Below are positions 24,689-35,027 of a DNA stretch of 64,000 nt, one piece after another; within the stretch, counting starts at the first letter, position 1; each line of letters begins with the position of its first letter. Below the pieces are notes generated by a model. The model saw nothing but the letters and a program-made list of their open reading frames with translations. It searched no databases and was not told the DNA's origin. A program made the translations under genes and the position numbers. The DNA comes from Paramoeba atlantica. Taxonomy: Eukaryota > Protista > Discosea. Location: contig CDRNVI010000004.1 in assembly GCA_977017575.1 (NCBI GenBank), forward strand, positions 496,001-560,000, given 5' to 3'.

Positions 24689-25138
24689 TTACGATCCAAC
24701 AAGGTCATCTTCATAAAACAATAGCCCTGTATCACGAGCCTGTGACATAAGCACTAATGCTTCAAGAAGAATAGTCCCATCAATAGGAACTCCGCACAGT
24801 TCCTTAATGATGTTGAAGTTGTCGCTGTCTTGCAGCACTTTAGCACGACTCTCCAGTCATTCAATGCACTTGTCGAGCAAGTACTCCTCCATGCGATCCA
24901 AAACTTCTTGTGGTGGCAAGCGGTCAGCCCCATACTTCTTCTGATTCTTCTCTTGGGGTGACAGCCGTTCGAAAGTAAGCTGTACGGCTTCCTTGCGAGT
25001 CAGTGGAATAACAAATGTTTCGCGCAGCTTGTGTCTAATTCACTTGCGCAACCGCTCGTAGCCCGCGGACGAGGCCGTGATGTAAGAACAAGTGCTTTCA
25101 ACGAACACTGTGTCTTCAAGGGGAAGGCCGTCCTGCAT
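24689..25138 (-). pseudogene. Unknown 149-aa protein remnant with two in-frame TGA codons
   Basis: Manual translation MQDGLPLEDTVFVES..RLRK*IRHKLRE..DKCIE*LESRAK..DDLVGS*. Confidence 0.5.
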
Positions 25139-25464
25139 AGATGATGGGAATGATAAATTGGAAAAGATATAGAAGACAAGCATTTTTTTTCAAATGAGGG
25201 GCTGCGGATGACGTAAAGCGCTGTTTCACGATGTTTCGCGGCATTTCAACACTAGGTAAGTCAAAAAGGAAATAAGTAGCTATTTTTATTTGAAATAACC
25301 TATGAATGAAAGCAGAGTAGGCACTCGAGGGGGGCAAAGTTCGGGAGTATGCCGCGGTGATCTCCATGCATAAAAGAGATTAAAATATTAATGTACTATA
25401 CATTTCAAAACTGATCTTCAGCACTCATTCGCAATTAGTAAAAAAGTTGAACACATTTCAAATA

Positions 25465-25550
25465 CTGTGACCCCCTTTAACGTAGAATAATGCGTTTTGT
25501 CTCTATGATAGGGGGGTTTGGGGGGGGTGTATATTAAAGGCGGGTTACAG
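25465..25550. mobile_element. 86-bp TA-flanked mini-MITE with pogo-Ulp1-like termini
   Basis: TA|CTGTGACCCCCTTTAA ... TTAAAGGCGGGTTACAG|TA. Confidence 0.7.
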
Positions 25551-25623
25551 TACTGTACTTAGTGCTGATCTTCTCCACTTTACACTTTCACACTTCGTAT
25601 TCCCTTTTTCGCCCCATAGCATT

Positions 25624-26253
25624 TTACTCGAGCTCGGGAAATCGAATGACCCTGCCCGATAGGCCCTTTGCAGGGCTTTCCACTTGGTCACTTTCCACTT
25701 GGCTGCTTTCAGCGCTTGCTTCGAGTGAAGTGGAAGCTTTCATCCTTTTTTGGCGCCATGCTGCGCAAGCGCGAGACCGTTGTCCCGTGATCGAGCGCCA
25801 CAAGCTCTCGACAAAGTCTCCCACCTCGCCTTTTCGTCGCGTAGCATACAATGGTTGCTCCTCAAGGTAGCTTTCCATGCCTTGGGCAACCTCACCCAGA
25901 AAGTACAGTTCACGTGGACGCACATCGAGTAGGAGAGGTCCTCGGTGCTGTACCAGGAGAAGAACTGTGCGACGAAGGATAGAGGAGCCAACAGGAACAT
26001 TACCAATGCTCCTCTTTCCCACAAAAAAACATTCCAGGGCCCTGTTTACCCGTTCCATGATGCTTGTCACCTTCTCACCAAGCTCTTCAGGAGAAATCTG
26101 GAGGACTGGCTTATCAAACACAGTTACGCGTTTCGTGAAAACCTTTTTCGTCGAGCTAACGACGAGCTCAATGATATCATCTTCTGCCACCTCGTCGTCT
26201 TCAAATTCACGAAGGATCCTTTTCTTTAAAGATTTGTTGTCCTCTGCGTCCAT
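25624..26253 (-). CDS. Unknown 209-aa protein, candidate accessory ORF2 of Harbinger copy 2
   Basis: Intact ORF on the same strand, about 230 bp downstream of the transposase; a paralog lies at 17850-18600. Confidence 0.6.
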   Translation of the reverse strand: MDAEDNKSLKKRILREFEDDEVAEDDIIELVVSSTKKVFTKRVTVFDKPVLQISPEELGEKVTSIMERVNRALECFFVGKRSIGNVPVGSSILRRTVLLLVQHRGPLLLDVRPRELYFLGEVAQGMESYLEEQPLYATRRKGEVGDFVESLWRSITGQRSRACAAWRQKRMKASTSLEASAESSQVESDQVESPAKGLSGRVIRFPELE

Positions 26254-26298
26254 ATTCTACAGAAGGAATATTGTACTAAAAAATGTGAAAAATAAAAA

Positions 26299-26428
26299 TA
26301 TTCGTGTCGACATCTATTCGTATGGTGTAGTAAGCTGTAGTTATTTTATTCGTGCCGACATCTATTCGTATGGTGTAGTAAGCTGTAGTTATTTTATTCG
26401 TAGCGACATCTATTCGTATGGTGTAGTT
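26299..26428. repeat. 48-bp tandem repeat, about 2.7 copies
   Basis: GACATCTATTCGTATGGTGTAG at 26309, 26357 and 26405. Confidence 0.95.
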
Positions 26429-26480
26429 ATCTTATTAAACTTAAATACGATCATATTTCTATTCAGACAACTCCTTCTTC

Positions 26481-27448
26481 TTACGGCACATGATGAATGT
26501 GCTCCTTAAGAAAATCACGGCGCGATCCTATCGGCTCCACGACACCACACCCCCGACTGCACCAGCACTCGGGTGGCTCATCTAACACTTGCAATGACTT
26601 AACAACAGTGTTATCTACATCATATTGAGGGTCAGATGCTAGTATTCCATAAATCACTACTGAAACAATCTGCACTGCATTTCTAACCCATCCGATATCA
26701 TGATCGGTCCCATGAAAACATCGAAATTTATCAAAAAAAGAAAAACATCTTTCTATGCGGGAGCGCACCAGAGACAATCGTGCGTTCACTTGTTTTTCTT
26801 CTTCTGTGAGTTTTTTCTTATTGTACTCTGTATATGGCACGAAACAATGATTGCAACCTATATACCCAAGATCTCCAAGAAACATTTCGTCTTTGTGATG
26901 ATTGAAAAGTGGAGTCTTGTGAGTTGTAGTAGTACTGTAAATTTTCGCATCATGGATACTTCCATTCACAGGTCCTCGAAAAAAGAAAGGAACTCCGGCC
27001 AACGTTAAATTCTACTTTAACAATGCTCATGATGCTTTCCAGAGTAAGTTGCGTCTTTTTGCACGTACTCACCACGCGTGATGTCCCAAACAGTGTGCTT
27101 CTTGCGCGCTCGGCAAGGAATCGTGGTGACATCTACGATACATGTCACATCCGAAAGCCACGGAACACCATGCTGAAACCGCAAGTTTGGGTTCATCAGG
27201 TGCGGGGAGGAAAGTAACTTTGCTGTGCGCGAGAAATCTTCACGCAAGGTGCGGATAGAAACTGGCAGATCATTCGGGCTCGTCCAAAGCCCCTGGAGGT
27301 CATGCAATTGTTCCCATGTGCAGTTTAAAGCGCACATGCATAGGGAAGATTTTAGACGCCGCATGTCTTTTTCCCCTATAACGGCGCCGTGAACCCGCTG
27401 TAGCTCGGAATACACTTGATTAACCTGTTCATGGCTTATTCCGTACAT
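26481..27448 (-). pseudogene. PIF/Harbinger transposase, copy 2, frameshifted near 27010
   Basis: IVDVT, YSGKH, GSIHD, LGDLGY and RSRIERCF motifs; colinear with copy 1. Confidence 0.85.
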
Positions 27449-28439
27449 TAAAAGGCTCAAGAAAGGTATATTGATACGAAGAGTTTCACAAATAAGCCAA
27501 ATTTTATTGTGGTTATAAACTTTGCACATGATATGCAATCATACACGTTAACACAGAGCATAAGGGAACATAACGGACATTATTAAGTGCATGTTATGAG
27601 CTTGTACATGAATTTTCAGACTTTTCATCACCTGCGCAAGACTGGAAAACAAACCGCTGTTTCGCGGTGTTTCGCGCTGTTTCGGAATAATAACCCGCAG
27701 CCCCTCAAATGATGTACGCATTGGAAAAAATCGTTATTGTTTTGACACAACAGCAAGGAGCTCATGTTACAGTACATAAATACACCCGCCGCGCTCCCCG
27801 CCGCGCCACCCGCCACGCTCCCGCCCCGCCTCCCCTTCCGCCGCACCCCTCCGCCGCCACCATTTCCTCCCCCACCGTCTCATCTCCGTCCCCACCGTCG
27901 CCGTCCCCTTCGACGGTCTTCCCTGCCGCCGTCCTCGCCACCCTTCTGACCATGCGTGAGTGACACCATTCGGTATCGAATACAACAAGATGCCAAACAA
28001 CTAGGGTGCATGTCATTCGGAATCTTTTTTATCTGCCGCTGATAAAGTGACTGCCTGCAATGCTACGCTGATTTGTCAGCGTAGTAAATGAAGTCTATGG
28101 AAACATAGCATGGCGCACACAGCACAAAGGCAATACAATTGGAAAAGTACCGGTTTTCTCCGGCGGCTACGTCCCTTAGTTGGATAATACAGCCAAAACA
28201 AACAAACATAAATACATACACGAAAAAACAGAAAAACGAATAAAAAGGACGAATAAATTAACATAAATAATTAGCAGAAGGGGAATAGATTGCGCCAGGC
28301 GCACCGAGGCGCACCGACCCTGAACCTGAATGGTTTCACCCTTCTTAGTCTAAATGCATGAAATCAGTGGGCTCTTAAGTAGGGGGTGGCATGACAGTAC
28401 TTGCCCTTAGACATAAGTATAAAAAGTAGAAAGTAATAA

Positions 28440-28724
28440 ATGACAATTTTCAAACATAATTTTAGACCAAAAGTTCCCTATCCCAAAGTTCTATTTGTTG
28501 AAATGGAAGAAGAAATCGACGAAATAGTTGATTCTCTTACTTGCATGGATCTTGATGCCGCTTATCTTATCTTTAAAAACAAGTATAGTGGTGAGACCTT
28601 TTACTATAATTTGTCGACCATAACTCGCATCGCCGTTCATTACGGGGAGTTAAGATGTCCTCCATATTTTTGTGAGCCACTCAACGGATCGTGTTTAGGG
28701 ATTCTAAAAGTACGTACCGATTAG
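28440..28724 (+). pseudogene. Short paralog of the N-terminal domain of ORF 35028-37130
   Basis: SGETFYYNLSTITRIAVHYGELRCPPYFCEP versus SGESLHYNTSTLLRIANERGTFMMPPYFREP. Confidence 0.65.
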
Positions 28725-29124
28725 CACAATCGTCATAAGTTATTGACCCACAATATCAGAGTCAAAATCATTTTTTCCATGAAGCTAAACATCGTTTGGT
28801 GCATTACAATTCCGTTCTTGGCTACAAAGGTTCTCATAAATTATCTTGCTTTTGCTTAGATGCCCGTATTTACACTATTTTTAGAGTGCTGTATCACTTC
28901 CTTTTTAAATCATGACACTCCACGAAGGGAAAAACTTGCCCCTTGACAGTACCAATATCCTATATACTCCCGCCGTTTTATAAAGGGAGAAACTGACTTT
29001 TCGACAAATGCAAGTAATATTATTTTTAGCGTAAAACCGTTTTTACCTAGTAGTTTTACCAACCTACGTTTTACCTACTTTTAGCGTGGCGTCAATATAA
29101 ACCGTTTCTGTAATTCCATGTTCT

Positions 29125-29261
29125 GACTTTTTTTGTGACAGACCCCCTCCCTAGTTATCTGTCACACATTGATCCGCCTAGTTATCTGTCACACCCCTAT
29201 CCCCCCTAGTTACCTGTCACCTTTTCGCGAAAAGTAGTGACAGATAAGTAGGGGGGTACAG
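29125..29261 (-). mobile_element. Solo end of the 43696-45303 element family
   Basis: Reverse complement of 43696-43830, with CTAGTTATCTGTCAC repeats, ending GGGGGGTACAG|TA. Confidence 0.75.
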
Positions 29262-29482
29262 TAATATGTTTTCTGAAAATATAGAAATTCGGGGGAAGAA
29301 AAGGGAGATTCAAATCTCCCCTTTTTCCCCCATTTTTTTAAAACATTTTAAAGGCCACTTAAATACAAAAAAACGCACATCCACTCGGTTTACTCATTCT
29401 CAGGGAGATACGAAGCTCCAGCTTCTAGTGCCGCATTGTACTTGTTCTTGTTCTCTGTATAATACTTCATCGCTTTTAAAAA

Positions 29483-29800
29483 TTATACAAAAGGCACCTC
29501 ATTGCGTGCAGAAAGTAAACTTCGTGCTTGTAACCATGCTCGGAGTTCCGCACACCTTCGGCGTCGCTCGGTCTTCCCAAGATTTCCTCGAAAGTGAGAA
29601 CAGATAGAATCTTTCCACATACCATTAGCCCGTTCAACATGATTGGTATGTACACCCTGCGGAGGTACGAACCCTTTCTTATGGTTCACTGTTAAGTGCT
29701 TGCGGCTACGTGTCCCCACGCCCCGATAGGATCGAAAACAGTCTGTGGTGACAGTACTCCGGGAGGCTACCTTGAGTTCAATGGTAGGGATGATACTTGC
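29483..29800 (-). pseudogene. Merlin transposase remnant of a divergent family
   Basis: TTDCFRSY..HLTVNHKKGFV..GVHTNHVE. Confidence 0.75.
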
Positions 29801-29844
29801 GGCCTTTTAGGTATAGTGTTGTTGACAATGTGTATTGTAGAGTT

Positions 29845-30213
29845 GATACAGTTTATGTACCTTGTTGTACATCGTACTTCCGACTTTTCACCCCTCCCCG
29901 GCTCACTCTTTGAGTGAGTTTTCTTCCCTCCCCGGATTTCTTCCTTTCGAGCCCTTTCCTTCCCGGGGAGCCATGCGCCATGGTGACCTCCCTTGAGCAC
30001 CACTGGGCGTGACTCTGCCTTGTGCTATCGCGAGGCAGCGGTCGGTTGCAGTGCGCCCCTCCGGCTGCGTAAAGAGAGGCGAGTTGCCTGGACCTCTCTA
30101 CCGACAGAGTCCGCGTCGAACCCCCTTTGGCGACAACCGTTGTGAGCGGATTATGTGCCGATGATATCGGCCGTCGCATTAAGGGGATTATCTCTGCGCC
30201 AATGAGCGCACGA
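29845..30213 (+). mobile_element. SL-headed repeat, copy 3 (internally deleted)
   Basis: GATACAGTTTATGTACCTTGTTG followed by sequence colinear with the reverse complement of 38606-39020. Confidence 0.8.
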
Positions 30214-30437
30214 TCGACAACCAATTTGCTCGAGTCGATGTTTCGAGCCCGTTCCACACTACAAATGGGAACAAAAGGTCTCCACTAAGTCAAGCAGAAG
30301 TCAATAAGATACAGCTGCGCTTGTCTCCTTTAGAAAAATTACTTAGCGTAGTGCCTTTTGGCGAAACACCGAGCTCGACGAGCCCGTTATAACCCAATCC
30401 GGTTCCGTCCACGTTTACCAAAAGTTTATCAATTATA

Positions 30438-31370
30438 AACCCCCGCTCACGAATAAGTGACCCCCCCTTATTTTTAGCACAGGGGGGCGTCGGTGGGTTA
30501 TCATATCACTTTTTCGTTCAAAATTTCGAGATCTGTACGTTCCCGCTGTTTTTAGCTCATTTTAAAATTTTAAAATTTAGTCAAAAAACATAATTGGTTT
30601 TTCAACTTTTTTTTCCAAAAATGACCAAATCACCATATCGGCTCCCAAAAGGGGGGCTTACGGATAGTGGTAAGGTTCTGTTGAAGATGAGACAGGCAGA
30701 AGGTGTTCCGATAAAACAATTATCCCGTGATTTTAACGTCTCTAGAAGGATAATCAAAAAATATCTGAACGAAAAAAAATCTAGCGGGGAATACACTTTA
30801 AGTCCTGTGACCATCTATTACAAGTGAGACATCTACAATGACACATCTATTACAAGTAAGACGTACATAGAAACATTAAAACAGGTAGATTTCCCCCCTA
30901 ATAGTGTATTACAACAGGATTGGGCAACGGCACATACTGCCCATGCCTCCAAAGAGTATATTGAGAATTGAATGAGTGATGTTCTAAGAAACTGGCCCCC
31001 CAACTCGCCCGACCTTTCCCCCATAGAAAACGTCTGGTCTATGATCCAAGAGGCGGTAGACGAACAAACCCCATTGGACAAACCTTCACTTATCCGATGT
31101 GTATGTAAAGCATGGTCTTCTTTAACTTAAAAAGTGATCGACAAAACAGTATTAAGTTTTGATTCTCGACTTAAGGAGTGTATAAGATTGAAGGGCGAAA
31201 AAGTGACAAAATGGTAATTCTTCTCTAAATTGTGCGTATTCGTTTCTTTTTGTCTCATTTCTGCACGCGCAAAGTCATTGTGTTGAGATCTGCAAAATGC
31301 AACAAAAAACAGCTCAAACGGACATTTGTACGAAATAAAAGAGGGGGGTCACTTTTCGTGAGCGGGGGTT
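30438..31370 (+). mobile_element. Tc1-like element with a deleted, stop-containing transposase
   Basis: TIRs AACCCCCGCTCACGAAWAAGTGACCCCC; QQDWATAH and WPPNSPDLSPIENVW motifs. Confidence 0.85.
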
Positions 31371-32345
31371 ATCACTCCATTCGTAATGAACCAGATAGCA
31401 CATTCGAAGCAACATTTCATGCCCAAGTTCTGCAATCATTGCAGGAAGGAGCATTGTCAATCCCTTGTGGACCACGCGGCGTTGCTGTGTGCCGAACCCT
31501 CCTGCGACAGGCATTATGGCGCTGTCGTCGCAAGGAGAATGTTTTCTGCAGGTTTTCGCCCTGTATCGATTAAACTGTCTTCAACACGGAACTAATATTT
31601 CCCCAAGGAAAGCATCCTTCTTGTGTGCAAATTTCAGAAAATGACATCATTTAGATACAATTATGTTTATTTACAACGAAAAGTGAGTTAAACAATCAAC
31701 TTTGATACAACTGTTTACTTTATGGCTTGACACTGGTCACTTAATACTGTACAAACAATTTTACTTTATGGCTTGACACTTGGCACTTAATTTAGATACT
31801 TGTACAATTAACGAAGCTTTGATGGTCCTGATTTGAAAACGTTTTTCCGGGTAACAATGATTGATTACCGTTTCTCGATAATTCCTAGATATGAGAATTC
31901 TAGATAATTTAGATTTGAGGGGAAATAAGTGCCATTTGGAAGTTCAGCCTTTGAAAATTACCAAAAGTGTCTATATTAAGTAGTGTAGATAGGTTATGTG
32001 AATGCAGTTCCCTCGTCAAAAAGGTTGCCCCCTTGAAAATAGAATTTCATTTTATCTTGAGTTTTCGCTATAAAATGATTTACAAAGCATAAATTTATAT
32101 TTACAATGAAAACGGTACCACGTAAGAAATTCGTGCGACTAATCTATTAGTGTACTGATGGTGCAAATACTGTGCGTATTGTCTATTGAATGTACTTTTA
32201 TATTCACTTCTGCTTCCGTGCTTCAAAGTTACTTGCCTCTGTGTGCCAACGACTTGTCAACAAAGAATAGGAAATCTTGATTACTACACTTCTCGTTGTT
32301 AATCGTTTTTGTTCATACAAACCGTTTATTTATACCTGCAGAATC

Positions 32346-33155
32346 ATGATGAACGTCATGCTGCTTTGCAACGTGGCACTCGCTTCCGATACTCAACCTC
32401 CCGCGTCGGGGCACCGAGGTAAAGTGTCCGCACTATTGACCCCTCAAGATCAGCTCATGTCAGCCCTTATCAGCAATCTCACGGAACGCCACCCTTCCTG
32501 GGTTCTTACCAAACACAATTTCTTTGGAAAACTCCGGGAAGTCTCACCCTGCACATGGCAAGGAGTAGATTGTGATCAACGGCAGAACATTATTAGCATC
32601 AAGTGGTTTAAAGATCACAAGAGTAAATTCCGCGGTACTCTTTGTTGGGAGCACTTACCCCGGACATTGGTGCAAAGCTATGTCATAGGACACCACGGTC
32701 TCCTGACCGGATTGCTCCCTCTCGGTGATCTGCCTCCCAATTTGCTGGTTTTTAATGTAAAAGAAAATCATCTTGACGGAGAGGTGGACTTGAGTCATCT
32801 CCCCGAGTCCCTTTTCACATTGGACCTATCCCGTAATGGATTTAGTGGTGCATTACATTTTTCAGATCTCCCTCCCTCGATTACAAATCTTGATCTAAGC
32901 AATAATCAGTTTTCGGGGACGCCAAGCTTGATGGGATTACCGGTCAATTTGAATGAATTGGAACTCAGCAACAATCTCTTGAGTGGGATTATCGACTTAA
33001 CCCCTGTTATAGGCGAGAATTGGAATGGAGCCTCGCCGCCTCGAGTACTGCTATCGGGAAATTCGTTTGAACAATATTTGTTGCCGCACTCGCTTCTCGA
33101 AATTCCACCAAATATTATCCAACATGAACCTGCAATGCCCCAATTCTTTTTCTAA
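32346..33155 (+). CDS. LRR family protein 3
   Basis: SDTQP..RGKVSALLTPQ cap, CTWQGVDCD and LRRs; close paralog of 45394-46221. Confidence 0.9.
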   Translation: MMNVMLLCNVALASDTQPPASGHRGKVSALLTPQDQLMSALISNLTERHPSWVLTKHNFFGKLREVSPCTWQGVDCDQRQNIISIKWFKDHKSKFRGTLCWEHLPRTLVQSYVIGHHGLLTGLLPLGDLPPNLLVFNVKENHLDGEVDLSHLPESLFTLDLSRNGFSGALHFSDLPPSITNLDLSNNQFSGTPSLMGLPVNLNELELSNNLLSGIIDLTPVIGENWNGASPPRVLLSGNSFEQYLLPHSLLEIPPNIIQHEPAMPQFFF

Positions 33156-33214
33156 GATGCCGAGTAATTCGATTTTTATTTCGAAACAAAGTTATGGGGT
33201 CAATTTTACTGATA

Positions 33215-33290
33215 CTGTCACTTCACCCTTTATACTTTCGTTTTCATCCAGACGTTTTCAGCCCTCCCCTTATAAAATTTATTTACACAG
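33215..33290. mobile_element. Family H terminal remnant
   Basis: TA|CTGTCAC..CCCTTTATACTTTCGTTTTCATCCAGA. Confidence 0.55.
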
Positions 33291-33534
33291 TACTTCCGCT
33301 TAAGAAAAACACCGCTTTTTTGAACATTTTGTTGCATCAATCAAACGTACAGTCACACTGCATCCATCGCCACCCTGATGTTCTTATCCTAAAAAGGAAG
33401 AACTGTGTTGGATTCGTCGTGTAAAATTATTTTACACGAAGTTTTTGGAGTCTGATCACGATTTTTTTTTGGATTCCGATATTTTAATATCAATCTCTAA
33501 TGACATTTGTATATCCAATACGAAATCTTACTAC

Positions 33535-34431
33535 ATGTATATGTGCTTCACGACACAAATACTTCACGCGCATCTAGCAGATACCCAACCACCCGTGACA
33601 AAGGAACGAAGCAAAGGAGACACCACACTGACCAAAAGTGATGAGGCAAACCCTGAAGTCCGTCGTACGGCGAAGGTACGAGGAGCAAAAATACCGCAGG
33701 AATATGAACTTGCGGGATTTGTTGAAAACATTGAAAATCCGCACCTCTCCTGGAACACTTCCATACCGGCGTGTCAGTGGAATGGAATGAATTGCAATAT
33801 TGATGGCTATGTGACAGGTATTAACTGGAGTCGACTAGGCTACGAGGGTTCATTGCGCTGGGAACGGTTGCCTCATACAGTGATAAAAATTTTGATGAAC
33901 GCCAACCAGTTGTCAGGGACTCTTCCGTTCAATGTTTTCCCTAGTGAGCTTTCGTATCTCAATCTAAGGACTAATTTATTCAGATGTCAGCTTCAGTTTA
34001 GTCAGCTACCGCATCGATTAGAAGAAATCGATTTAGAGCAAAATATGTTTGAAGGGAGGGTAGATTTGTGCCATTTGCCTTTGCGTTTGACGTCGTTGTC
34101 AATTAACTCTATGAAAAACGCTCAAAACCTTTATGGTGATGTTGAACTACATTGTCTCCCTCCAACTATTCGATTTCTCGATTTATCTGGAAACAGATTC
34201 AGTGGAACCCTTGACCTCGAACACTTGCCGTCTTCCTTGGAGTACTTCAGTTGCGAAGACAACTGTTTTAAAGGACCAGTGCAGCTTTGCAGCCTTCCTT
34301 CAGGAATGAAACTGCTGATTCTTAATAAAAATGCCGAACTCTACGGTGAAGTTGATTTTGGTCGTCTCCCCGCGTCTCTTACACTGGGTATCGAAAACAC
34401 GAAGATAAGTGTCACAAATCAAAATGAGTAA
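33535..34431 (+). CDS. LRR family protein 4
   Basis: ADTQP..AKVRGAKIPQEYEL, PACQWNGMNC and LRRs. Confidence 0.9.
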   Translation: MYMCFTTQILHAHLADTQPPVTKERSKGDTTLTKSDEANPEVRRTAKVRGAKIPQEYELAGFVENIENPHLSWNTSIPACQWNGMNCNIDGYVTGINWSRLGYEGSLRWERLPHTVIKILMNANQLSGTLPFNVFPSELSYLNLRTNLFRCQLQFSQLPHRLEEIDLEQNMFEGRVDLCHLPLRLTSLSINSMKNAQNLYGDVELHCLPPTIRFLDLSGNRFSGTLDLEHLPSSLEYFSCEDNCFKGPVQLCSLPSGMKLLILNKNAELYGEVDFGRLPASLTLGIENTKISVTNQNE

Positions 34432-35027
34432 GATCTTTCAAAAGCATAAAATTTACTAACCATTTTTGAAAAAACATCATTAATTTTACTATTTTCACTA
34501 TTGAATTTATTGTGACCTCACAACGAAGCTACCTGCAATTAAATTCTCCTTCACTTTTTTTAAGGTTTAGTGCAACCTGAAATTTCACACACATGGGAAT
34601 ACAAAACTAAATTTCAAAATATTTCTGCTTTCACAACTATAATCCAAGTTCGGGTGGCGAGATTTCAATAATATGAGAAAATTACTTTTTCGCATAACAA
34701 GTTTTTACGCTTCTTTTCGGTCAACAACTCTTTTGGGGTCACCCAATTTTTTGTTAATTTTAAATAATTCGAAATTCAATGAGTTTTGATTTTTTTTGCA
34801 GTTCTTTACAAAAAGGGTGAAATTCTGGTGTTTTAATTTTAAAGTTGCCAGTACGTTTAACGAAAATTTGGTTGTTAGTTTATTTGCTTCTAATACGACA
34901 CTCGTTCGATCTGAGCTTACCCTGTTCTACCCCATACCACCATATTGAATACCAGTACCATTCCACTCCCAACCCCCGACTCTTTCTCTCTCTCTCTCTA
35001 TCGTCCTACTTCTCATTTTCCCCACCC

